The notes beneath the pieces are model-generated. The model was not told the DNA's origin. It saw only the letters and a program-made list of their open reading frames with translations, and ran no database searches. This document shows positions 35,836 through 48,690 of a DNA stretch of 64,000 bases, one piece after another; position 1 is the stretch's first letter; every line of letters starts with the position of its first letter. A program made the position numbers and the translations under genes. Origin of the DNA: Gracilinanus agilis (lineage: Eukaryota); the NCBI RefSeq assembly GCF_016433145.1, contig NC_058133.1, positions 166,152,780-166,216,779 of the forward strand, written 5' to 3'.

Positions 35836-38129
35836 AACATCAAACAATTCTTAAAATAAAATTTCATTGGTTCTTTCATCTTTGTGCCCACTGAATTTCT
35901 CCCAGGTAGCTAAGTGGCACAATGGATAGAGTATCTAATCTAGCCTGAGCCTGGAGTCAGGAAGACCTATCTTCCCAAGTTCAAATCTGGCCTCAGACAT
36001 TTACTAGTCATATTACCCTGGGCAAGTCACTGTTTGCCTAACTTTTTTCATCTGTGAAATGAATTGGAGAAGGAAACAGTAAACTACTCTAGTAACAAAA
36101 CCAGTTAATAATCTAAAAACCTCTGCATTATTCCACACTTGAGGACCTTCCATACCTGCAAAGGCATGAGGAGGTTTGGGGGTGGTGTCTTCTTATATAT
36201 CTTCTTTGGGATTAAACTTGTTCTTTGTAATTCTATAACATTCATTTTCTTTTTAAAAACTTTTATATACTTAGTGATTATCAACAATATAAGAAAACTT
36301 TAATAAACAAATATAAAAGAATTATGTGCAAACCCACAAACTATATAGTTTACAATTTGTTTAAAAATGTGTTTATTTTCCTGTAAAACTCAGTGGAATT
36401 TCATGTTGGCTATGGGTGGGAAGAGGGAGGGAAAGAACATGAATCTTGTAACCATGGAAAAATATTCACAATCAATTAATTAATTAAAATATGAGAATTT
36501 TGTATGTATGCTAATATAAACATCATCTGTGTTTGAATTCCCTTTGGATTTGTTTTACTTTGATACTTCCTTCTCTTGATTTTGTGGCTGTTATTTTTTA
36601 AATATAATCATAGTATATATTATTCTTATTCTCTTTTCTCATTTCATCATATATTTCCCTTATTTTCTTTATATTTCCAATATTTGTCATTTCTAATATC
36701 AATATAATCCACCACATTCATATGTCACAATCTATTCAATCATTTCCCCCAGTCATTGTATTTATGTTATTTCCAATTATTTTATTATTACAAACAAACC
36801 TTCCATGAATATTTTCAAATATACAAAGCTTTTTAACCCTCTCAACAATGCCTTTAGAGCCTAGTCCTAGTAATGTGATCTCTAGGTTAAAGAGCATGAA
36901 TAGTTTTACAACTCTTAATGTATATTTCCATATTGTTTTCTAAAAAACAATTCATAGCTGCTTTAGAAATATAATATTGGGCCTGTTTTTCCTTGTTCTT
37001 ATCAATATTTAATTTGACCAATTTTTGCTTCAACTTCAAGGAACTATAATTTGATCAATAAGTGTATTCCTTCCAGATTCAAAACTCTCCACACTTTAAT
37101 ATATGATCCTTGGAAGTTACTGAGGCTGAACAATTCAGCAATAAGTGATGATTCCCTCTAACTTAACTAGACTGGTTCTCAGATAACATATTACCAGGAC
37201 CATATTTAATTAGATTCATCCTCAAATAACAGACTGTTGATTGGATCATACTCTTTCCAAAACCAAGTCTTTTCAACTTGGTCGTATCAGTAGAGCTTTT
37301 ATTTCAGTGACAAAACCCCCTCAGGAATGCAGGATTATCTCCATGTTATAATGAATGTTAAAATAAGAGTTTTGCAGAATATTTATACATTCTAAACTAT
37401 TGTTGCCCCACCAGAAACTACGTTTGGATTATATATGTGCTCAGACTTAGGTAGAGTGCTAACCTCAGAAAATGTGCTTTTTACCTGCTGTTCTTATTTC
37501 TGTCTTTTGGGGCCAAAAAGAACAAATCTGATGCCTTTTCCATGACAGCATAGCAAATACTTGAATATGTCTATTAAGTTACTCCCCTCTCCCTACTTCC
37601 CTTCCCCAATCCCCTCAAGAAGCATTTACTTTGTGCCAGGCACTGTGCTAAGCACTAGAGATTCAATTATAAGCAAAAAAGTCATCTCTAGGGGCCAAGC
37701 CAAACATCCCTAGTTTCTTTAGTCAAGCCTTTCATGGTGCTGACTCAAGATTCTTTCACTGCCCTCTGAATGTTCTCCAACTAGAGTTCAGAATTAATAC
37801 AATATGCCAGAAAAGGTCTTAATAGGGCAGAGTACAGAGGAATTATCTGCTCCTTATTCCTAGAAGCTATTCTCCCCTTAATGAAGCTTACATTAGCTTT
37901 TTTTTAAAGCTCACATTAAAAAAAAACAACACAACAAATTGTTTGTTTGTTTTGCCTGCCATATCCCATTACCAATTCATATTAAACCTTCAGTCTCAAA
38001 TCTGGCCTCATACACTTCCTAACTGTGACTCTGGGCAAGTCACTTTGCTTAGCCCTTACCTCTCTTCTGCTTTGGAATAAATACAGAGCATTGATTCTAA
38101 GATGATAGGTAAGGGTTAAAAACAAAAAG

Positions 38130-38425
38130 AAGCCCTTCAAACTACAAAATCCCTTAGTTCTTTCTCAGAAAAACTGATGCCTTGCTATGGTTCCCCCATC
38201 TTGTACTCAAAAAGTCAGCTTTTGAATTCAAGAATAACATTGGTTCCTACTAAATTTCATCTTAGTGGATTCAGCCGAACATTCTATCTAGCCTGTCAAG
38301 CTATTTTTGGATATTCTCCTCCCCTAGTGTGTTGACTATTCAGCTTTGTGTCATCTGCAAATTTGATAAGCATGGCATCTATGCTTTTATCCAAATCACT
38401 GATCTAAATGTTAAATGATTTCTAT
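38130..38425 (-). mobile_element. CR1/L3 RT-region fragment (a further piece at about 37690-37900)
   Basis: cagctttgtgtcatctgcaaatttgat...atccaaatcactgat is the reverse complement of the CR1 KFADDTKL region. Confidence 0.6.
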
Positions 38426-39018
38426 TTTTCCTGCTATTGATCTTTACTCAAAAGCTCTCCATCATGCTTCCATGCTTCTGGTTCCTGGATTCCTCACAAG
38501 AGGTATGCCTTTTTAATATACAATGTTATCCTCCCAAAGCCTGTTCACCTTTACCTATTTTGTTTGTTTTAAATAAAGCACCTCTAGCCATCCAGAGCTA
38601 TGGTCTAGCCGTGGGTTTCCTTCTTTCTAGCCTCAGTAATAACTGAGGTCAAATTTGCCTTCCTGAATTAAGACATCTTGTTTATTTTTTGAGCATTTGG
38701 ATACAAATATTTGAAGTTATGAGTTTTACTACAGGCTCATTTTTGTACAAATATTTGAAGTTATGGGTTTTTGCTACAGCCTCATTTTGGGGAGATTTTA
38801 TTATTTGTGAACTTATGCATATCTGAAAGCAATTTTTTCTTTTTTTTAACTTTTTTTTGTTATCTGTTGGTTTTTTGTGTTTTTTTAAACCTTTACCTTC
38901 CGTATTAGAATCAACACTACATATTGCTTCCAAGGCAGAAGAACAGTAAGAGCTAAGCAATGGGAGTTAAGTGATTTGGCCAAAGTCACACAGCTAGAAA
39001 CTGTCTGAGGCTACATTT

Positions 39019-39196
39019 TTTTTCAACCCTTAACTTTTGTATATTGGCTCCTTGGTAGAAGAGTGGTAAGGGTGGGCAATGGGGGTCAAGTGACTTGCCC
39101 AGGGTCACACAGCTGGGAAGTGTCTGAGGCCGGATTTGAACCTAGGACCTCCTGTCTCTAGGCCTGACTCAATCCACTGAGCTACCCAGCTGCCCC
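39019..39196 (-). mobile_element. Young short-variant SINE nested in an older SINE (host about 38880-39290)
   Basis: 14-bp TSD CTGAGGCTACATTT at 39005-39018 and 39197-39210. Confidence 0.85.
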
Positions 39197-40326
39197 CTGA
39201 GGCTACATTTGACCCCAGAAGAAGTTCCCATTGAGAGAACCTGACTCTCAATCCACTTAGCCATCTTTTTGGCTCCATTTACTGCATGAACTCTTATCTG
39301 GCATCTTCTGGGGCTCCACTATTTTACAATCCTTGGAGTACAAGCAACTGCCTCTTCTGAGAGCCTACAGATACCCCTTTAAAATCCAGAAAAGTCCTCC
39401 CCTCAGAGTCAGGAGGAGGTATAGACAAGATATGGTATATACAGGAACAGAAGTAAGACTTAGGATTACTTTTTATAAATGCATCTATTTTTAATGCCAG
39501 GGAAGTGGAGGCAGAATTGTGCTCATTATGGCATTTAAGTATTAACTCTGTGGTAAGTCAAGGTACATGGATTATAATGAAGGCTCAGAGTGATAAGTAA
39601 CCCACAGGTGCACAATTTTTAATCCTTCACTTTAGCTTGAAAATGCCTTGATCTAGCTCTGCCTTCTCTTTCCCTCTCAATTCCTTTTGTCCCTGATCCT
39701 TTCCCTCCTCCCCCTGGACCAGTGGCTCTCTAGAGAGAGGACAAACAACCTCCTGTCTCCTCAAACAGGACACCCTGAACCAGATCATCGGCTTGGCCCT
39801 AGCCCAATCCAACCCAAATAAACAGCCTTCCTTTAGGAGGGCAGGCATACCAGAGGCTCTAGATGCCTGGGTCTTCTCTACATTTTAGGTTCTTGGGCAA
39901 TAGTACTTAGTTTTTTCACAATTAAGTGGCTTGAGACCTTCTTCGGACTGAAGACAATAGTAAAAATAACACACTTGATGAGGGAAAGGAGAACCATTCT
40001 ATAGAATCTTATTGTTGGAAGGGACCTTTGTGATGACGATGGTTAATATTTACATAGCACATAAGCCTTACATATCTTGTTTGATCCTCATAACAATTCT
40101 GTGAAGTAGGAATTATTATCCCCATTTTACAGATTAGAAAACTTAAGTGGCTTGCTCAGGGTCATATAGTTAGTATCTCAAGCAGGATTTGAACTCAGGT
40201 TCTTCCTGACCCCAAGTCCAATATCCTATTCCCTGCACCATTGAGACACCACAGAGACCATTTAATAGCCCAATCTTCTGCCTCCTGATCAGGCTTCTGG
40301 AGAATCCTCTTTATAAAAAAAATCCA

Positions 40327-40530
40327 GGTGGCAGCTAGATGACTCAGTAGATTGAGAGCCAGGCCCATAGACTGGAGGTCCTGGGATTCAAATCTATTCT
40401 CAGAAATTTCCTACCTGTTTGACCCTGGGCAAGTCACTTAACCCCCATTGCCTATCTTTACTGCTTTTCTGCCTTGGAACCAAGACACAGTATTGATTCT
40501 AATTCAGTAAGTAAGGGTTTTAAAAAAAAT
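40327..40530 (+). mobile_element. SINE1_Mdo-like SINE
   Basis: ggcagctagatgactcagtagattgagagcc...gtaagggttttaaaa. Confidence 0.75.
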
Positions 40531-40559
40531 CCAGACTAACATCAGACCTTGTTTATGTC

Positions 40560-42070
40560 TACCAATGCTGGATCTCCAAGATATACCATTTTCTGCCTTT
40601 TGGACTCCCAGACTCAGTAGTTCAAAGAGATCTTCCCAGGTTTTTCTATGTGATCTCTTAGAGTACAATAACATTCCATCATACACTGTAACTTATCTAG
40701 CCATACTCCAACTGATGGGCAACCTTTCAGTTTCCAATTATTTGCCACCAAGAAAAGAGCTACTATAAACATTTTGGTACATATAGGTCTTTTTCTTTTT
40801 GATCTCTTTGGAGTATAGACCTAGTAATGGTATCACTGGGTCAAATGGTATGCACAATTAGAATTTAATAACTTTTGGGGCACAGTTCCAAATTGCTTTC
40901 CAGAATGGCTGGACCAGTTCACAGCTCCAACAGAGCATTAATATATCTGTTTTCCCATAGCCCTTTCAGTATTTGTCATTTTCCCTTTTTGATCAACTTT
41001 GCTGGGTATGAGTCGATGACACCTTAGAGTTGTTTTAATTTGTATTTCTCCATATATTAGTGATTTGGGACTTCCCCCCCATAGTTATTGATAGCTTGGA
41101 TTTCTTCTTCTGAAAACTACATTCATATCCTTCGATCATTTATCAATTGGGGAATGGCTTTTATTCTTATAAATTGGAATCTGTCCCTATATATCTTAGA
41201 AATGGAACCTCTATCAGAGACATTTGCTGCAATTATTTTTTCCAGAATTTCTGTTTCTCTTCTAGTTTTAGGTACATTGGTTCTGCTTTTGTAAAAATGA
41301 TTAAATGAGATATCAAAATTGTCCATTTTACCTCCTGTGAACCTATCTCTTGTTTGGTAATTAACTCTTCCCCATCCATAGATCTGACAGGTAATTTCTT
41401 CTATGCTTCCCTAATTCATTTATGATATCACTCTTTATGTTTAAATCATGTGCCCATTTGGATCCTTTCTTAGTATGTGGTATGAGATGTTGATTTACAT
41501 ATAGTTTCTGCCAGACCATTCTCTAGTTTTCCCAGACATTTTTTGGTCAGAGGGCATGAGTTCTTACCCTAACAGTTGGAATTTGGGAATCCATCAAATA
41601 CTAGGCTACTGTGCTTAATTGCTTCAGTATATTGTGCATCTAATCTGTTCGACTGATCTCTATTTCTTGCCCTGTACAAAATTGTTTTAATGATTATGGC
41701 TTTGTAGTATAGTTGAGATCTAGTACTGCCAGGCTTCCTTCCCATTAAAAAAAATTCTCTTGATAGTCTTGACCTTTTGTTCTTCTAGATGAATTTTGCC
41801 ATTAATTTTTTCTAGATCTCTAAAGTAATCTTTTGGTAGTTGATTGGTATAGTACTGAATAAATAAATTAATTTAGGTATTAGTGTCATTTTTATTTTAT
41901 TGATTTTTTTTGCCTACTCATGAGCAATTAATATTCCTCCAATTACTTAGAGCTGTCTTAATTTATGTAAAGAGTGTTTGGTATTGTGTTCATACAGTTC
42001 CTGTAAGTCTTGTATTTATGTCTTGGCAGGTCAACTTAAAAGTATTCAATTCTCTTTTTAGGTATTCCAC
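40560..42070 (-). mobile_element. Degenerate L1 ORF2 3' fragment
   Basis: ORF 41123..41326 (EKIIAANVSDRGSISKIY) resembles the L1 ORF2 C-terminus; many frameshifts. Confidence 0.75.
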
Positions 42071-42094
42071 CTAAAGTGGAATGTCTCTATCTGG

Positions 42095-42605
42095 AAGGTT
42101 TTTTTAATTTTTATTTTTATTATCATGCAAAGCACACTTCCATATGGGTCATTGTTGTAAGACCATACTAATACAAACCCCCCAAATAAAACTGTAAATA
42201 CAATAACATGAAAGATAGTATGTATCGATCTTCTCTATCTCACTCCAACAGTTCTTTCTCTGGAGGTGGATAGCATTTCCTGTCATAAGTCTTTCAGGAC
42301 TGGGACATTGCTGAGAGAAGCCAAGTTTTCACAGCTGATCATTGGATAATATTGCTGTTACTGTGTACAATGTTCTCCTGGTTCTGTTTATTTCAATCTG
42401 CATCAGTTCATGCAGATCTTTCCAACTTTTTCTGAAACCATCTTGCTTATCATTTCTTATAGTGCAATAGCAATCCATCACCATCATGTACCACAATTTG
42501 TTCATCCATTCCCCAATTGATGGACATCCTCTCAATTTCTAATTCTTTGCCACCACAAAAAGAACTACTATAAATATTTTTGTACACGTAGGTCCTTTCC
42601 CCTTC
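42095..42605 (-). mobile_element. L1 ORF2 end and 3'UTR fragment
   Basis: ORF 42329..42535 CPSIGEWMNKLWYM...RTRRTLYTVT. Confidence 0.8.
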
Positions 42606-43504
42606 TGAAAGAAATTAGAATCCTAGTTTCCAAGCAGGATTACTATAGGTACAATTGTCCAGCAATTATCCTTGAGGAGAAGAGGAGAGAGGTTGAGTAG
42701 CATTGCCATTGTATCTTACCTTCCCCTAGAATCTAAATCTATCATAGCTCCTGACTCCACAAGATCTCTGTAGCATGAGTGTGAAGGTAAAGTGTCATAG
42801 GGATTTTCTATTCTCCTCTAATGGAGCCTTCAGGATCCCCAAATTACTTTCTTTCTTTTCCAGCCTAGGTCCTTGGCCTCTTTTTCTTGAATTCACTCTA
42901 ACTTTGCTGCTCTGCAGACTGAGTTGTAGGACCAGGAGTGGAAAAGGAGATAACAGTGTTGGAAGTGAGGTTTCCTACTCACACATGCTCAACTGGTCCT
43001 GAGCTTTCCCTATATGACATCACATGTGGAAGTGAGGATGGGAAAAGGAGAAGAGTTTCTGTGCCCTTAGAATGCTGCCAAGCTGATGGCAAGACAAGAC
43101 CCACACAAAAATGGGACTTAAAAACAATTACAAAACAAGACAGCAACACATACAAATGACTATATCAAAGCAAGAAAGTCTAAGGAAAAGCGCATTGAGT
43201 GAGGGGTGAGAAGGCAGCAGGAGATCTGTTCTAGATTTATTAGCAATTTACCAATAGTAACTTTGTTAACTGTTTAACTATGCTCAGTTTCTCCATCCTT
43301 CTGTCCTTCCCAATGAATTGATAACAGGATAAAAGAAAAAACATTTGTATAAATGTTAAACATTATTACCATTACAGAAGTATAAAACTACTGAGATAAT
43401 TCAGGGCAGAGAAGGGATTAGATCAAGTGAAGTCAATTTAACATAGCTTCCTGGATAAGCATGACGTGTTCTGTATTTGTTGTCTGAGTCTCAGTGGCCC
43501 CATT

Positions 43505-43715
43505 TGGGTTTTTTTTTAAATTTTTAAAATTTATTTTCAAATATTTTTCCATGTTTACATGATTCATTTTCTTTCCTTCCCCTCTTTCCTCCCCCCTCCC
43601 AAAGCCAACAAGCAATTCCACTGGGTTGTTCAAATATTGTCAGTTGATACCTATTTCCGTATTATTCATTTTTGCTATAGAGAAATTTTTTAAAGGCCTA
43701 AACCCCAAATCACAT
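43505..43715 (-). mobile_element. L1 3' end
   Basis: atatttttccatgtttacatgattcat...caattccactggg. Confidence 0.75.
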
Positions 43716-44339
43716 ACATCTAGGGTTTTCTTGGCAATGAAACTAGAATGGTTCACCATTTTCTTCTCCAGCTCATTTTACAGATGACGAACCAAGACCA
43801 ACAGAGTTAAAGTGACTTGTCCAAGGTCACAACTCATGAAAATGAGTCTTCCTGATTCCAAGACCAGTATTCTCTCTACCAAACCACTTAGCTCCTCTGT
43901 TTTTGGGGACAGACATCCTGTAACACTCAGCTGAGCTAATAGTGCCTCAGCACTTGAAATCCCCACAGCTAACTAGACTGCCCAGCACTACCAAAGCAGA
44001 GCAGCATTGGCACTCTCAGGCTAAAATCCAAACTTTCCCTTCACATTTGATGGGCCTTTCTTGGCTAGTTTTCCTTTTTGGTCTAGGGTACAATCAAGAT
44101 TTATGGACACTCTGAAAGGTTATGAAATTATAAAATTCATTTTCTCTCTTGGCTTTGGCTCCTACCCCCAACTTACTCTGAGGAAGAAAAGAATCTTGGT
44201 TCTCCTCACCTCCCCAACAGCCTTGTTCCTTTATTCAAAAATTCGGACCCCAAACATTACAAATAACTGTTTCACTTGTAGCATAAACCAGTGTAGAGGA
44301 GGTGGGAGATAGCCTTCTCCACCTTCTATCCCCTACCTC

Positions 44340-44891
44340 CATGATGGTGAATCTATGGCTTGGGTGCTGTCAGAAAGGGCACACAGAAAGTTCTTTGTAG
44401 ACACGTGCCTGTCACCAGCCAGGTTCATTACTAGAAAGGCAGAGGGACTTGAATGGAGCTGCTCCCTTCCCCCTCTCCACCAACCTGAAGACATTTTTTC
44501 ACTTTACCAATCCCTCTGCCGAGCAGCCCAATTGGAGTACTTTCTCCCTCCCCTGTCTGGGATAAGGTGGGTGGCTCACAGGTGGCAAAGCTGGAGGGGA
44601 GCTGAGCACTCAGGCCACTCCTCTCCCTAACCCTAATTCTAAATTCCAACCCTAACTTTTTTTTTGTTTGTTTGTTTCTAACCCTAACCCTGAGGATCTT
44701 TTTTCATTTCACCATCCCCTTTGCCCAGCAGCCCAATTGGAGTACTTTCTCCCTTCCCTGTCTGGGATAAAGAGGCAAGTTTGGGGGGTGTGGTGTGACC
44801 AGAAGTATAGCACTCAGTGAGGAGGGGGCATAGCACGAGGTCTCTATGTGGGGGGTGCAGCACTTGATCTCTAAAAGGTTCATCATCACTG
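44340..44891. mobile_element. Rearranged or compound hAT MITE (OposCharlie/OC1-like) with internal duplication
   Basis: Left TIR-like CATGATGGTGAATCTATGG; right AAAAGGTTCATCATCACTG; about 60-bp internal segment duplicated (about 44510-44568 and 44715-44770). Confidence 0.7.
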
Positions 44892-46974
44892 GCTTAAAGA
44901 GCCCTGCCTTTAGGAGATGTAGTAAAAAAATTAGGGTGGCAAACTCAGAATCCAGACTTCTTTGAGCTACTTGCTTCATCCCTGTGCCTTACTTACAGTG
45001 AGACTGATCTACATTTCACCTTCAGTTCATAATGGTCTTTACCTCTTCAGATACTAAAAAAGAGAAACTTCTAGGATGGGGTCAGAAGGTCTGAGTTCTA
45101 GTTCTACCAATAATTAATTCTGTGGGCAAATTCCTTAAGTTGTCTGAACACAGATTTCAAAGGATAAAAGAGCTGAAACTTTGGAGATCCTCTAGTCTAA
45201 TTCCCCTCATTTCACAAATGCAGAAATTGAAGCCCAAAGATACTTAGTAGCAGAAACATTTTAAAAGCTTCTCTTGAATCCAAGCTGATTCCACTGTTAA
45301 TCCTCTGTTACCCTGCCAGGCCATAATCTTTAGTTCATATTTTTTTATTGACTCTTTAGTCCCAAGTGTTACACTCTCAGCAACGTCAAGGGAGGGAAGG
45401 AAGAAGAAAAGGGAACTGGAGAAATTTTGGTTGTTATGAAACCCCAAATCCAGAGTGACAGAGGTGTTACTCTCATCTCTCACAAAGGAGAAACAAATAA
45501 TGCTAGGAAAGAAAGTATTAGATGGCCATATCTTTCCCAGTTTCTTTATCACAAAGATGACAATATGCATTCTGAGCCAGAATTTCTTGAACTGGAAAGG
45601 TACTGATATGAAATCCCAAATATTTTGCAAATTCCTTGGGGAGGGGCAAGAGATTCCAACTTTGTGTCCCCCAAACCAATCATGGATGACTTGCATAATA
45701 TGTATTCAATACATTTTTGTTGGTAATTATAATAGTGATAGTGGAAAGCACAGAATAGGGATAGAATTGGAGGTATAGAGACTTTAACCCTAATTAAAGA
45801 TTAAATTAGATAATATTTGTAAAAAGCACTCAGCACAATGCTTTTTTTTTTTTTGTCATCTAATAACTGGAAATCAGAACCTGCTTCCTCAATCTTCCTT
45901 TGCCCTCCATATTATCTAATCTATATCTTCATGACCTCCTCTGTAGTATCCTACTTCTGACACAGTTCTGTATGACCCTAACCCAATCTTTTAACCACTC
46001 TGAATCTCTGTTTCTTGTCTGTAAAATGAGGGGGTTTGACTGGATGATCTTTTTAATCTCTTCATTTTCTCTATCTAAAATCCTATTATCATGCTCCCTT
46101 CTGACTAGGATTCTATGAATCTTTTGATGAGGTTGTTCAGTGACTGTGATCCCATTTGGGTCTATTTGGGGGGTAAAAATACTGGAGTGACTTGCCATTT
46201 CCTTCTTCAACTCATTTTATAGATGAGGAACTGAGGCAAATAGGGTTAGGCAACCTGCCCAGAGTCACACAGCTAGAAAGTGTCTGAGGTCAGCTTTGAA
46301 CTCGGGTCTTTCTGATTCCATTTCTTTCCACTAAGCTACCCAGCTGCCCTTCTATGAATCTTTACTAAGCATCATTTATGAAAGGTGGCAGTCTGCTAGA
46401 TTTCACCTACAATTATGTCATTCATTTTTTAAATTTATTTGGCAAACACTTAATAAATCCTTTCTATGTACAAAACAGTGTACAAAGTTAAGGAAGACAC
46501 TGTCCCTCTACTCAGAAGCTTAGAGGCCAATAGAAGGATAAGATACAATCACAGAAGGGCACAAAAGAAAATGTTGTTTTAGATATAATATCGACACCAG
46601 TTTGGGTGGGAATGATGGGATATCAGGGAAGATTTCAGGAAGGGGATAGCATGGGATTGGTGATTTCCTGCCATTTCCTCCAGGAAGCCTCACTTAACTG
46701 AACCCAACACAACTGTGAAGGTTCCGGTCTTTTATATTCACTCAGAATTTTATTGGTAGCTCACACTCTATTTGTACTTGTTTCCATGGAGCCTTTAACA
46801 CTAAGCCTTGGTTTCCTTACCCTTAAAATGGGGATAATAATTCTCATTATGCATTTTATCAGGCTAGGATGAGGAAGGGATAAAATAAATCTTAAAGCAA
46901 TATCCAAACACGAAGTAGGCTTTTGTTCTTCATTCACAGGCATTTTTTTTAACCATTTATTAATATTCATTTTT

Positions 46975-48050
46975 AACATAGTTGCATTGGTGTGGTAGTT
47001 TCGAGTCTACATTCCCAATCATGTCCACCTCAACCCATGCGTTCAAGCAGTTGTTTTTCTTCTATGTTTCCTCTCCTACAGTTCTTCCTCTGAATGTGGG
47101 TAGCATCTTTACCATAAATCCCTCAGAACTGTCCTGTGTCATTGCATTGCTGCTAGTACAGAAGTCCATTACATTCGATTTTACCATAGTATATGTTCAG
47201 TTGTTCGGCAGTGTAAGAGTCTCTGTGTACAATGTTCTTCTGGCTCTGCTCCTTTCACTCTGCATCAATTCCTGGAGGTCTTTCCAGTTTACATGGAATT
47301 CCTCCAGTTTATTATTCCTTTGAGCACAATTCATAGGCATTTTCTAAGTGTTCAATCTAGTTCCACTAATCAGAGACTCTTGGGGTACAAGGAAGGAAAA
47401 AGATTCACTTATAGCAAAACCAGTTTTTAAAAATGAATGTTCATTCCATATCCACTGAAAGAACTCTGGGAGTAGAAACACAGAAGAAAAACGACTGCTT
47501 GATCACATGGGTTGATGGGGATATGATTGGAGATGTAGACTCTAAACCACTAAGTCACCTTAATGCAAATATTAATAATATGGAAATAGATCTTGATCAA
47601 TGACACATGTAAAACGCAGTGGAATTGCACACTGGCTATGGAAGGGTGTTGGGAGGAGGGGAGGGGAAAAACATGAATCATGTAACCATGGCAAAATTTT
47701 CAAAATTAATTAATTAAATAAAATGTTAAAAAATGGATGTTCATGACTTAACTTGTACAATTTGATTTTTTTAAAGATATAAAAAGATATTGAATGAGAT
47801 AAAATTAAGTGTGCCATTCTCAAGGTAAAGCATCCAGCTTATACCCCCAATTAGGAATGGAATGTGTAAGCAAGTCTCTTTTAGTTTCAAAGACTTTTTT
47901 TTTTTTTACTTTTTTTTGTTTATTTATTTGTTTATTTTAGAATATTTTTCCAAGGTTACATGATTCATGTTCTTTCTCTCCCCTCCTCCCATTCCCCTCC
48001 TGTAGCCAATGAGCAATTCCACTGAGTTTTACATGTGTCATTGATCCAGA
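46975..48050. mobile_element. Three L1 3' fragments in -/+/- orientation (about 46975-47335, 47440-47735, 47900-48050)
   Basis: Mutually complementary L1 3'UTR segments. Confidence 0.75.
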
Positions 48051-48284
48051 TTCCAAGGACTTCTTAATTATTTGCTTAGTAGATTTAGGAGGCAGGTCTG
48101 GCGAGTTGAGGAGATAGGAGGCCTCTTATGCTTCTTACTAAGGATATCCTGACACAGCTCAAGAAACAAGGAAGGCAGTATATCAGTCTTCATGCCTTTA
48201 GAAGTGAAGGGAGTCGATTTCAAGGATATGGTTACCTCCCCATAACCTTATAGATCCCAAGTAGGGGCTCAAGATGAGCTCGTG

Positions 48285-48690
48285 CTATGTATTATATATA
48301 TATATTATTATTATATATATTATTATTTATATATATATATAATATATATTATTTTTTTTTTAACTAAAACCCTTACCTTCCATCTTGGAGTCAATACTGT
48401 GTATTGGCTCTAAGGCAGAAGAGTGGTAAGGGTAGGCAATGGGGGTCAAGTGACTTGTCCAGGGTCACACAGCTGGGAAGTGTCTAAGGTTAGATTTGAA
48501 CCTAGGACCTCCCGTCTCTAGGGCTGGCTCTCAATCCACTGAGCTACCCAGCTGCCACCTCTGGATAAATTTTAAAGGACTGATGCTTCCACATGCTGCT
48601 ATTTTATATATATAAATATATATATATTTTAATATATATATACATATTTATATGTAATATATATATTTTTTCAAATATATAAATTTTTTT
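48285..48690. repeat. (AT)n-rich tracts on both sides of a SINE
   Basis: About 48285-48360 and 48600-48690. Confidence 0.8.
48361..48560 (-). mobile_element. SINE1_Mdo-like SINE flanked by (AT)n tracts
   Basis: aaaacccttaccttccatcttggagtcaatactg...gagctacccagctgcc. Confidence 0.8.

Noticed and set aside
37140-37250. GTGATGA C-box-like motif suggesting a snoRNA
   Set aside because: Intergenic, with no suitably placed CTGA D box or terminal stem.
41123-42535. ORFs resembling a protein C-terminus
   Set aside because: Degenerate L1 ORF2 remnants, not host genes.
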